Positions 1-10,544 of a stretch of 52,640 nt of DNA are shown one piece after another. The notes under the pieces were generated by a model, which made no database searches, had not been told where the DNA came from, and saw only the letters and a list, made by a program, of their open reading frames with translations. A program made the position numbers and the translations under genes. The DNA is from Perkinsus olseni. Taxonomy: Eukaryota. Numbering within the stretch: position 1 is the first letter of the stretch; the number at the start of each line of letters is the position of its first letter. Location of the stretch: NCBI GenBank assembly GCA_013115125.1, contig JABANN010000213.1:1-52640 (forward strand), written 5' to 3'.

Positions 1-391
1 CTGCTGAACCATTAACCACACGAACGATCATGAGACCATAGACGTTGCTTATGCAGCCCAGTACCACAAAACTGGGAACACTGATGACTGATGCAGTGAA
101 GAAAGGCGCACGGCGCTCAACGGCATCGGCCAGAGGCCCTCCAGCGAGGGTGCCGATAATCGCACCAACTAACAAAATCGCACCGAAAATACTGGACTCT
201 GTCCCGGACTTCAGAACATGCAAGTCAGAGTCCGTACCGATATCAATATGGTTGCCGGCCGTATCGATGACCGTGTTCCTCATCGTATCGATGGTGGGCC
301 CAGTGAAGGCAAGACCAACACCAACAGCTACACCACCAAGCAGACTGATACAAGAACAGATAATCACGTATAGGTCAGAAGAACCGAACAT
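1..391 (-). CDS. MFS sugar porter family transporter (GLUT8/ERD6-like), N-terminal part; runs off the window start
   Basis: Not in the ORF track because there is no stop in the window. The minus frame from ATG at 391 reads MFGSSDLYVIICSCISLLGGVAVGVGLAFTGPTIDTM...ESSIFGAILLVGAIIGTLAGGPLADAVERRAPFF..., giving TM1/TM2 and a variant of the sugar-porter G-x-L-x-D-x-x-GRR loop motif. Confidence 0.85.
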   Translation of the reverse strand, partial: MFGSSDLYVIICSCISLLGGVAVGVGLAFTGPTIDTMRNTVIDTAGNHIDIGTDSDLHVLKSGTESSIFGAILLVGAIIGTLAGGPLADAVERRAPFFTASVISVPSFVVLGCISNVYGLMIVRVVNGSA

Positions 392-499
392 GAGAGTACG
401 AAAAACGCTGCATCGGGGCAAGATTGAATGACGACTCCAATGAGCAGAATCCGTTATCGAGCTGTATGAAGCGATAGTAATAGCCGGGGCCGATCCGAT

Positions 500-1290
500 A
501 ATCAATCGAGCTATTGTCACGCCGTTTAGCACATCGTGGGGTCTTGGCTCTACTTGCGTCACCTCTGCTTCTGCAAGCACGCTTACGCGCTCGCATGCGT
601 GCGCGATCTCCGGGGTCACCGGCAACGTCGTTGGCAGAGGCCCTTTCAAATGAAGTCATGTGGGCTCTGGCAAACGTGATCACTATCGGCAGGAGACTCA
701 TTCATCGTTCACTCAGGTCATGACTGTGGGCGCAGTAGCGTCGAGGAGGCTCCTATTAGGATCCTTCCTCAGCAAGAACACAACGAACTCGATTCATGCC
801 CTCCCAACGAAATCCTTGTGATACAAATGCTGGGAGCGTGTGTTGCTCTGCTCAGACCTACTCGATACTGCGAGAGTCAGCAACCACGCAGTAGCCTGCC
901 GACTGCTAGTTGGTGGCCACCAACGTTCAGCAGGACAAGAGAAGCTCGTCACAGAAGTTATGATTATTGGCCATACCTATTATTGGTGCCTGGCTAGCTG
1001 TAGCGGTGAAATCCATTCAGTGAACTTCAATTCGGAGTACTGCCAGTATAGTTGCGTTCATCGCGCACTGGCTACTTTCGTGCACTCCTGGTCAGCACGT
1101 GATGACTTCGTTCACGCCGATTCTTCCGCGCTGGTGGCGCTCATGGTAGCAGCTTGCTTCCATGAGCTTAAATTATCGCTCAGTCGAACGAATTCGTAGT
1201 CGCTCGACGTGGACCAAACGTCGAGTGTATAACCGCGCGGTGATTGCCATCCCTGACTTGCCCCACCGACTGATTGAGTACTAACAGCTA
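500..1290 (+). ncRNA. Candidate structured non-coding RNA or element (unassigned)
   Basis: At least 8 stem-loops in an ORF-poor intergenic interval; G-U pairs favour the + strand. No family recognised. Confidence 0.3.
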
Positions 1291-1389
1291 CCTCCTGCTA
1301 TTCTGTTAGAAAATAATGCCATTGAAAACAGTAAATATAAGAGCAACAGTGGTGGTATAGACCAGCGTAGACCAGCGTGTACATTCAGC

Positions 1390-4300
1390 TCACTCCGCGG
1401 GAGGAGCCACAGCAGCAGCATCAGGTTGGGGGTCATCTACAACCAGGCGCCGTTGGAGGTCCTCTTCTTCAGCTCTCATGGCCTACAAAATCACAGATAG
1501 CAATTTAGTGAGATGAGACGTTGTTGTTACGAATTTGCCACGAATCAACACCAATAAGGTGAGGGCCACACCACATATCGCTATCAGCCTCAGACGCCTA
1601 TCAGCAATCAAGGAGATAGTGAGCTCGCCTCGGGCTGGCAAACTCATATACCTGGGAGACAGATCTGAGGTGAAGGCCAACTAGAAATAGCTTACCATTC
1701 TTGCAGTTTGAGGACGACTCGCATGATCGATACAACAGTACCACCCGATGATGGATGTACCTTTGAATGGAACATGACACAATTGATTATATGGTCGCGC
1801 ATGTGAAGCTATTCGGCTATCACAACCCACCTCAAGGCATTTCTCATAGTGCTTGGCAGCCAGTGATAAGTCCATCGGCACTCCTCCGAGTCCCCACTGA
1901 TACATGAAGCCCACATCGAACCTGATGCGATCAAGAGTAGTCTCGCGAGTTCTGACGTCACGTCTCGGTCACCAAGCTTACCGCGCCTGGCCTATAAAGG
2001 GCTGCATCCATTCCGCGATGACCTGTGTATCAGCTGTACGCTTGTAGTGTGACAGAGCACTTGCATAATCAGGTGAATCCTAAGGACATGGGACTCACTC
2101 AGAGCCTGCTGCTGCTGCTGGTCAAACTCACCTGCTTGTAGTACCGTATCTCTGCTGTCTGTAGTCTTTTAGTGACTTCCCTCTCATCATCCCTCCACTC
2201 AGTCAGCATCTCGGATTCCTTCATCGTGTCAGCGAGTTCAACTCCAATCCCCCAACCATAATATCTAGGATTCATCTTGTGCTACTTAGCAGTGCTACGA
2301 CTCGACATGAACTCACGCAAAGTCACCGAGCCTTAGCTCGCTGGATGGACTGCCCTGATCTGCGCTCATTTCATAAAACCGCTGCGCCAGCACTCTCCCA
2401 GAGGCGTTGGGTATCTCCAGTGGTGATAGTAAGCGGATAAGAGACAAGCTTTCCGTTTTGGGTGAGAACACACCATGCCCGTCCTGAGGAGACGCCGCCA
2501 AATGGCGGGGCGGCACCTGGACGCGATCGATCACACCTGGTCCGCAGAATCATATTTTTCGGAAGCATCACTCGGGAAGAGTTTAATATGGTCCCGATCC
2601 AGTAGATGAGCTAGATTGGATTGGGATACTTCATGACCAGCTTCCGCAAGTTGCAGAAAGCTTAAAGCACCTGAGGTCGAATGTGGACGGAGATAGCCGA
2701 CTCTTACACTATCGGCCTACTTGCTCTAGAATCCACTGCCTTCTGAGCATAAGCTGCGTCCAAGGTGTCAGTAACCCAATCACCTCTCTCTGCGACCTCC
2801 TTCAGGAGTTTAACTGCCATCTGGCAATCCCTCACCGTACCTGATGTCACCATGATATCCCAACGGGCTACACGTAGAGCCTACCAACGCCATTGAGGTG
2901 CATGATAGCCAGAGCATATGCTGCTGGGGTATGCCCACGCTCGAGTGCTTGGGCATACCACATGAAGGCTGTAGGAAAACTCTGGACAGTACCAGTGCCT
3001 GTTGGGCGCCACATAGACTCAGTTATTGGAGCCCAGAGTCGTCCATCCCACCTGTCAAATAGAGACTGGCCAAGTTGAACATGCCATCAGCGGAGCCTTT
3101 GATAGCACTCTTGTTGAAGTTGGAGAATGCATCGTCATATTCCCGAGCCTCAAAGTTCAGGTATCCCAAACCATTGAGACCTAGTGAATGGCAAGAGCTT
3201 GACTGTGGCATTCGACGGGCATCATCCTACCGAGGGCATCGCCTTGGTCCGCGGCAGCTGAGAAGAAAGCTCTTGCTCTACCGACGTCTGCCTCGACGCC
3301 AAGACCAAGACAGTACCTGGAGTATACGGAACTAGAACCGATATCGTGTAGGGGGGGATGTACATGTATCCAAGCAGTGCTTGTGATTGATCGTGACTCT
3401 GCGATGCGCCGAGTTCAAGGAATTTCTTAGCTTCAGAGTAGCTCTGTTGAAACCCCTCAACTCCAAGTAGGTATCTGCAATGAGTGATGCCCATGACTGA
3501 TGGCGAGGTAGGTCACCTCTTCCCCACTGCACTTGCTATATTCACATCACCACCGTAAGCGAGTTGCTTGAATAGCGATATCTCATTAGGGCTCAGACCC
3601 TTCTTAGTGCCCGTCTGAAATGAACAATATCGAGAAAATCCGAAGGGACCCTGGGCAAGTGTGGCATACCTCTCCAGCCAAAACGCCTTGAAGATTCAAG
3701 CGAACCAGTTCCACCGCCTGTGGTAATCCAGTGGAGTATATATGCGCTATACGCTGGGCAATCTGATAAGCAAGGATTCACCCAGTAGATAGCGGTCATC
3801 AACGCTACGAGCGCAAGAGCGAACACTCATTAGGGGTTGGAAGGCAGGCCCGCTCTACGTTGTAATTGATTTCTCGACGAGCGGAAGGAACGACTACAAC
3901 TGATGGTGGCACATTACCTCAATGTAGTTCATAGCGGCAGTCTCACAATTGCGAGGGACTCCATAACCAAACAAATGACGGTATCCCATGGTCATCATCG
4001 CACCGGTATGACCGGCAGTAGAAGAGGCATATCTAATGCGAATACTGTGGAAGGATACTCCTCAGTACATCACGCTGCCCACAGGTATAATATGCCTTTG
4101 CCATAGTCCTTTTCATGCTCCCCGGGATTAGTTATGCGATTAGGGTCACCACGGTTGTTGGAGTAGTAGAGACCGAGCATGAATCTGACATCGTTAGCTA
4201 CTGTTCGTACATTTATCAACACCCCCTCTTACTGAGCATGCGGCTCTCCTTGGTTAGCCGCCAACTCCAACAATTCTGCGCCGCGGGTACTGTTCAATGG

Positions 4301-5234
4301 GAACTGAGTTTGACCTACGAAATGCCTTCGATTACACACAAGATGATGATTTCCATAAAGGAGCGCACCTGCGTAGGCCAATGCGGTGAGGTTGCCAGAC
4401 GATTGGTACAATGCGTAGAACTTATCGTAGCTCTCTTTGAGGTGGCCAGTGCTGATCAAGAGCATTCACTTTAAGAATTATATCCTGGTATGGCCTTACT
4501 TGAGAGCATCCATAGCTGCTCGGAAACGGAGCTCCACAGCTGGACCTTTGGATGCCTGCCACGACAACTCGACCCTAGACGTTGCATCCTGAGATCGAAG
4601 GATACGCATCCCGTGGGCAAAAGAGAGGAGGGGTACAGTAGTAGCAGGCAGACCATCACCCTGGTACCTCTACATGGTCGACTCGCCCGCCATCGCCGTT
4701 ACCAGAGGACCAGTAGGTCATCAGAGGCTCCGTGGAGGTACGATCGTCATCCCCTGACAAGGTACAATGAGGAATGTGCCACTCCTATGCTTGTCCGCCG
4801 AGGCATAGCCATGATGATTGTTGAAGGCCACGGGTGATGATATACGTGTATTACCGAATATGATGAGCTGCAAAACATCCAAAGCGAAAAATGCGAGCAG
4901 CATGGCCAACAGCACTCCACACTTGCCCATCACCCCTCCCAGCAGACCTAAAAGAGGCAGATGCTCATCCACCGACATCTATACCATGCCGAAGTGCATG
5001 CCGCAGATGAGCATACTCGTCGAGCTTCAATGAGGTTAGTCGACGAGATTTTGGTCGTCCTAGGAAGTTTTTCCCATCACCTCGATCTGCCCTATTCCCT
5101 CGGTCAACTCGCTCTCCTGCTTGTCGTCGAGCATCATCCATATCGTCGTTCTCGACCTCACCATCACCATTGGCCTCTCCGTTTGGCCGCCGACGCTGTC
5201 TAAGTCCGTCCTGGCCTCCAGCCGATGGGTCCAT
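1390..5234 (-). CDS. SEL1L: SEL1-repeat ERAD component SEL1L/Hrd3-like, multi-exon
   Basis: Spliced exons carry Sel1 repeats (GAELLELAANQGEPHAQ; AMGYRHLFGYGVPRNCETAAMNY; QQSYSEAKKFLELGASQSHDQSQALLGYM; AFSNFNKSAIKGSADGMFNLASLYL; VGFMYQWGLGGVPMDLSLAAKHYEKC) and a C-terminal TM (LIAICGVALTLLVLIR). The 5' exons (MDPSAGG..., GLLGGVMGKCGVLLAMLLAFFAL...) can be joined in frame through short introns; one donor is ambiguous. Confidence 0.85.
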
Positions 5235-5433
5235 AGGAGAACTCAGTATTCGAAAAACTTATATTGAGGAGAACTCCGGAAACGATGGTATCTATCTCTC
5301 AACAGTAGAACAGCTCCTGTATACCTCGTTGGAACCCCCTTTCTTATACTCATAGCTCAATAGAAAACTCTGAAGAAACTTCTGTTTATGAGTAGTCGTC
5401 ATAATACATCATCAGATGCTGTTCTTCCCACCC

Positions 5434-5943
5434 TCAGAATATGTGGACGCAATCGTAAACGAGAGTCCACATGAGTACGAAACCCTGAAGTATGATGAGC
5501 TCTACACACTGTTAGATGCACAACAATTACCATAAGGCCAGTGAAGAGCTGCCCCACCATGACGTCCTTCTCACTGATAAAGTACTTCTTACCATCACCT
5601 CCCAACCTCACGTACAACTGGGAAGAAAGTTTAGCGAGAGCTAGCGTAACGGCACTTGTATTGTTACCAGCAATGATCCAAGTAGCTGAACAACAGCAAA
5701 AAGGACAAGCCCGTATTGCAACCCTTCTACTCTGAATATACCAGCCAGGATACCTCCAAGGATCGCCGAAAACGTCCGACTGAAAGGAAAGACGGTGGAT
5801 ATGGTAGCCTAGTGCCTCAGCTGCTACTACCAAGAGCCCAGCAACCTCATGTTATTCGCCAACGCTGCTTTCTGTACCAACTCTTGCGGCTTAACACCAG
5901 TAGGGTCAGTTGAAGTTGGTGCACCTCCTCCCAATGCAGACAT
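5434..5943 (-). CDS. EMC6: ER membrane protein complex subunit 6 (Rab5ip/EMC6 family), 4 exons
   Basis: Removing three GT-AG introns gives MSALGGGAPTSTDPTGVKPQELVQKAALANNMRLLGSCRTFSAILGGILAGIFRVEGLQYGLVLFAVVQLLGSLLLYVRLGGDGKKYFISEKDVMVGQLFTGLMGFVLMWTLVYDCVHIF*. This fits the EMC6 pattern (N...R...G..AG...G; KYF; F...WT..Y..VH(I/V)). Confidence 0.9.
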
Positions 5944-6177
5944 TATTAGGACCAGTGCAAGAGTAAAAAGCCTACTCCCGATACGCTAACGGCATCAAAG
6001 CTCAAGGGTACGAAGTTGAAACATCTACCCTCCGACGGGGAAGGAAGTGGCAAAGGAATATCCATCACTCGAAAACAAGCAGCAGCATTCCTGCTGTAAG
6101 CGACCTTGCTGCCCACATCCTGGAACCAGTGAACAAACTGCTCAGAAGGGTGATGATAAGAAACGTTAAATAGTATA

Positions 6178-8775
6178 CTAGAAGCCCCGTGACTGTGGGG
6201 TTGGGGCAAAGTGGACCCGCCTACGCGGCCCTTCGTGTGAAGGCTGAGCTGCTGCCGTTGTTGTGGAGGAAGTTGACGGAGCACTACTGCGATGAGAAGA
6301 GTGGAAACCACTAGATTTGGAGTTATCGACTTTAACGATTAGCTGCTGATTAGCGTCTGTTATATGCAGAGTCTTCAGCGCTCGGCACCTCCGCTTGAGG
6401 ACTTCTGCTGACTCCTCTGAGACTCCATCACACCCCAATAGCTCTAGCTGTTGTACGTAGGTTAGGATACGTGAAAGCATGTAGACACCTCGATCAGTAA
6501 GGCCACTGAGCCCATCAGTGACTATTAACCTTCGTACTCTCTGTAACGCTTGAGCATGCTCATCGAAGAGCAAGGGGAACGGTAGCTTACGATATGCGCT
6601 GTTGTTGTGCATCTTACTACTCCGCTGGTAGCGTGGGCCCGCCTCCGCTTCACTCGAGCTTGACGAAACGAAGTAAACCTTTTTTGGCAAAAGTTTATTG
6701 CCGGAGAACCTCACCACGGTAGCATCACTATCAGACAGACCAACACAGTTGCTTTGACTCCTCACCGTGCCATGAGCACTGGTAGGCATCATCGAGCTGC
6801 CATGATTATGCCCATCCAAACGCTGCGGATCACCATCATCCACAGGAGTACCACGTAACGCTTGATCAAGCAGAGGAACATCACTCGGCATGTATCCACA
6901 CAACCACTTCTGTAAGGCCAAGTCGTTGAGCCCCGGGCAGGCACCCCGGATCTCGATAGAGTCCAGAGTACAACGATCGGCTAGGACAGTCTCCAGGGCA
7001 GCTTGACTTAGACTCTCCACAGTAAGGGAGATGCTCCTCAAAGCAGGAAAGTTTGGTAACCCCAAGCTGGCCATTATGACGTCTGACGCAGTCTTCTCGG
7101 GTAGCCTGGTTAAATCTAGAGTGAGCGACGTCAAGAGGGTTGCACTTTCTGCCAAGCTCTGCATGGCCTCGACGATGCTGAGATCCTCATCATCATTATC
7201 ATCAGGGCTCACGCCCTCCGAAGGGGTCAGGACGATGTCCAAAACCTTGAGCATAGGTAGATAATCTCGAATGACCAGCAGCGTCTCTTCTGTTCCACAA
7301 CTCTCCAAACCCGCTAGTTGCAGTTTCTCCATGTTAGGGTTGACCTTGAGAACTTCACAAAGTTCCTTGCTGGTAGCCACATTCTGTGGCTTAGCGAAGC
7401 ACAAGCAGTTGGACAGGTTCAACTCCTTCAAATTCTTCAGGTACCTCAACTTCTCTACACAACCCTTGTCGACATGCAAGCACCATTCAAGGCTGAGAAC
7501 CTCCAAGCCAGCAGGCAGGTCCAGAAGGCCCCTCTCAGTCACTTTGGAGTTACCCAAGTCCAATCGCTTCAAGCCAGGACAGTGCTTTGAGAGAGCCATC
7601 ACAGACTCGTCGCCAAGCTGAGCGCACCACTTCGAGCTGAACGACATCAACTCGGGACTTTTAGATGCCAACGCGGCAACACCAGCATCCGTCACCTAAG
7701 CCAAGACGTCGTCACTGAGTGAAGCTCCAAGAGCACGAAGTACCTTCGAGCAAGCTCCTATCATAATCTGCTCTACTGACAGGAGGGACAAGTCAGGAGC
7801 CGTAAAGGCTTGGTCAGAAACTGCCGTACCAGAGCAATCCAGATATGTTAACCCTCGCCCCAGGCAGCGAGTTATCTGTTGAGAGAACTCGTGAACCCCT
7901 ACTAGTGCTGTGTCTGGTCTTTACCAGCTTATCGAAGCATGGTGACTTTGCTCCTGTTTGACTAACGTCTAATTTAACTAGAGTCTTCTTAGCAACATCC
8001 GTAACTCTCTGAAGGGCGAAGGCTGACAGCTGCCCGCAGCCCCCAACGGACAGCTCTTGAAGTCTAGCCAATCCTGATGGAATAATCATTATGATCGTGA
8101 GGAGGGGTTTCCACTACCAAGTTGAGGCTGGCCTCCATCCGCTACAAAAGCTGAGTCACTAATCCTCACGCAGCCCTCCAGGATGAGGGTCTGCAGATAA
8201 CGGCACGAAACCAGAATAGCCGATACAAGACGATTGTTAACCTAACAACCATCATCCATCGCCATGCAGCAGCAGCAGGAGGGCAGGGGTGGTACTCCCC
8301 TCACCTGTCGACAGTGGGATAAATTGAGAACTCTCAAGTTTGGACACTCTCGAGGTATGTAGGCAAGCAGTGATCTGGCAGTGATAGTAAGTCCCATATG
8401 GAGGCGGAGGAGACCCACTACTTTCTTAGATTATAAGCCCCAGTCAAGTTGAGGGAGAATAGATCCTGGCCCATACACTGTATAAGGACGTTATCGCTGA
8501 CGTAGTTGTAATGAACTGCAAGGTAACAGCATGAGTGGCGGTTGAGCCATTCAGCCGTTCTTCACCTAATATTTCCAACGTCTCTCTCAGCAGTGATGTG
8601 GGTAGACGACGCAGCTCTTCATAGGCCGCACCAGTCCTCCTACCACCAGCACCAGGCAACATAATCCTCTCTGAAATAATAATGGAAACACTGAGGGGCA
8701 GGGAGGAGACATTATCGTAAGCATACCTGCCAGCTCTGAGGCAGTTGGTAGTATCTCAGTAGCAGGTAGGGTCAT
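6178..8775 (-). CDS. Leucine-rich repeat protein (cysteine-containing FBXL/AMN1-type LRRs)
   Basis: Repeats such as CPNLRVLNLSHC, CRYLQTLILEGCVRISD, LQELSVGGCGQLS and CPGLKRLDLGNSKVT; a 505-codon final exon. The start codon is inferred and no clear F-box was seen. Confidence 0.75.
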
Positions 8776-8918
8776 AGGGGCATGTAACACAGGTAAGGGG
8801 AAAACAAACAACTCCTGTATACGTGAGGGAAGATGAGCGATTATGAAATATAAGAGTAACGCTACTCCATAATACAGCTGTTATACACTCAAAGCGTACA
8901 TCACAATTCAGTCTAAAC

Positions 8919-10252
8919 CTAGGTCTTAGCAGCACCCTGCCCCGCTGCTGCTGGCGATGGGGCTCCTGACAGGCCACATATGAGAAGCAGAGCAAGCCAG
9001 AACGCCTACCGGGTGCGGCCTGTGGCTGGGCCAAGGCTAGTAAAGTGGTGTAGATATCTTGTAGGGTGGCATCGAGGCAGTCACCTGAGGTGGTAGGAGC
9101 GTCGATGTTGAGCGGCTGTGAGGAGGCCCCCTACGGTTATAGTGATCTTCTATGAGCTCAAGAACTGTAGATAGCTCATCAAACTTAGTCTTCTTATCCT
9201 CTACAGACATCCCTTCACACGGATCCTCCACGATTTCATCCTTCCTCTGCCACCGGGGTTTCTTCTTACCATGGGCTTCCTTAACCTAGAACAGCAGCTG
9301 AGGGCCCAAGAGGAAGGACCGTGATGATGATGATGATGATGATGATGCTTTACATCAGCCTGTTTCTTCTTCTTGCTGTTCTCCGCTGATATCGTCGGGC
9401 TAAGTACTCTAAGGGCCTCTCTGGGTGTACTCTGTTTCACATCCATCGTCAGCGTATAGAGGCGAGTGAGCAACTCCCGCAGCGGCGGCGTCGTCTCTAC
9501 AAGCAGTACCACAGGATGACGGGGGAGTAAAGCTATAATAACCCAGGAGGGCTGAGTTACCTTTAGTATCCTCAACATCATCCGTCTGACCCCAGAACTC
9601 TGCATGGAGCTTCTCCGCCTTCTTCCTCTGCTCTTCATTCTGATAGGTGGAATCTTTGGCTCCCTTATCGACAGAGTCTAGCCATGCATCCAAGTTCTCA
9701 GCCTGCTCCGATCGACTTTGTACCTGCTCACCACCAACTCACCACTAAGGTGTAGGCTGCACAGAAGGCTACTACATAGAATCCTGACTCATCGAAGTGC
9801 CCTTCCTCGTTCTCTCTCCTCATATTGAAGGGTTCCAATACTATCCCATCATCCACGGCCATCTCGGGGTCATCACTATCAATGCCTGCCAACATGATCA
9901 GCACCACTGGAATATGACCATCACCATGATAGCCCTCACCTTCATTCTCCGGTACATTATCCTTACTATCGTCTGGATCCTCTCCCATCCTAATGGCTCT
10001 ACGCTTAGCTCTTGCCATCTCGGCATCACCTTTCTCTTCTCGACCATCTTTTCTCTACAAAAACAAAAATCATTGTCCACGAGTGTTCTTCGCGAAGACT
10101 ACCTTGCTGCCTCCTTGCTGCTGCCTTATGGCTTTCTTCAACCACTCAGGATTAGCAGTCTTATTATCATCATCTCCTCGGGCTTCGTCATCGGAGTCGT
10201 CAGAGAACTGCTGAGCCTCCCGATCACGGCGTCTTCGTGTATTATGGGACAT
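8919..10252 (-). CDS. CD2BP2: CD2BP2/Lin1 (U5 snRNP 52K)-like protein
   Basis: Family signature DDGIVLEPFNMRRENEEGHFDESGFYV followed by DAWLDSVD, then TPREALRVL and KFDELS. The spliced C-terminus ends ...AAGQGAAKT*. Confidence 0.8.
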
Positions 10253-10544
10253 CACAGCAACAAACGCATCTACTGTAACGTTCCATCACCGTCGGCGGCA
10301 ATATCGAAGGTCACCACCAGGTAGCGCTTTGACCCCCATTGAAGAGGACTCAGCAACCGAATGCTTGTTAATTTGTGACAAAAAGCATACACCGATAGTA
10401 TATGACAAACATAGCCAATACACAGAGGAACAGTCGTGGTACCTCAGCATGACGACGGCGAGGAACCAAAGCACAGTAACAGCCGACTGGGGCTGAGTAA
10501 CGCTAGACTGACTTGAGCGAGACGAGGCTATAGTCAGGATGCTA

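Noticed and set aside
45..431. 128-aa plus-strand ORF and many similar antisense ORFs (e.g. 18602-19453, 7271-7621)
   Set aside because: Shadows of recognisable genes on the opposite strand.
743..771. Minus-strand CTGAGGA plus hairpin, resembling a hammerhead ribozyme core
   Set aside because: No GAAA after the stem and no stems I/III.
999..1012. TGTAGCGGTGAAAT, identical to a conserved bacterial/plastid 16S rRNA 14-mer
   Set aside because: Flanks do not continue the 16S sequence; treated as chance.
1358..1378. 10-nt tandem duplication TAGACCAGCG x2
   Set aside because: Could be a slippage or excision footprint, but no associated element; uninformative alone.
9322..9347. Poly-His ORF segment (KHHHHHHHHH)
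   Set aside because: A (CAT)n run that most likely lies in an intron of the CD2BP2-like gene.
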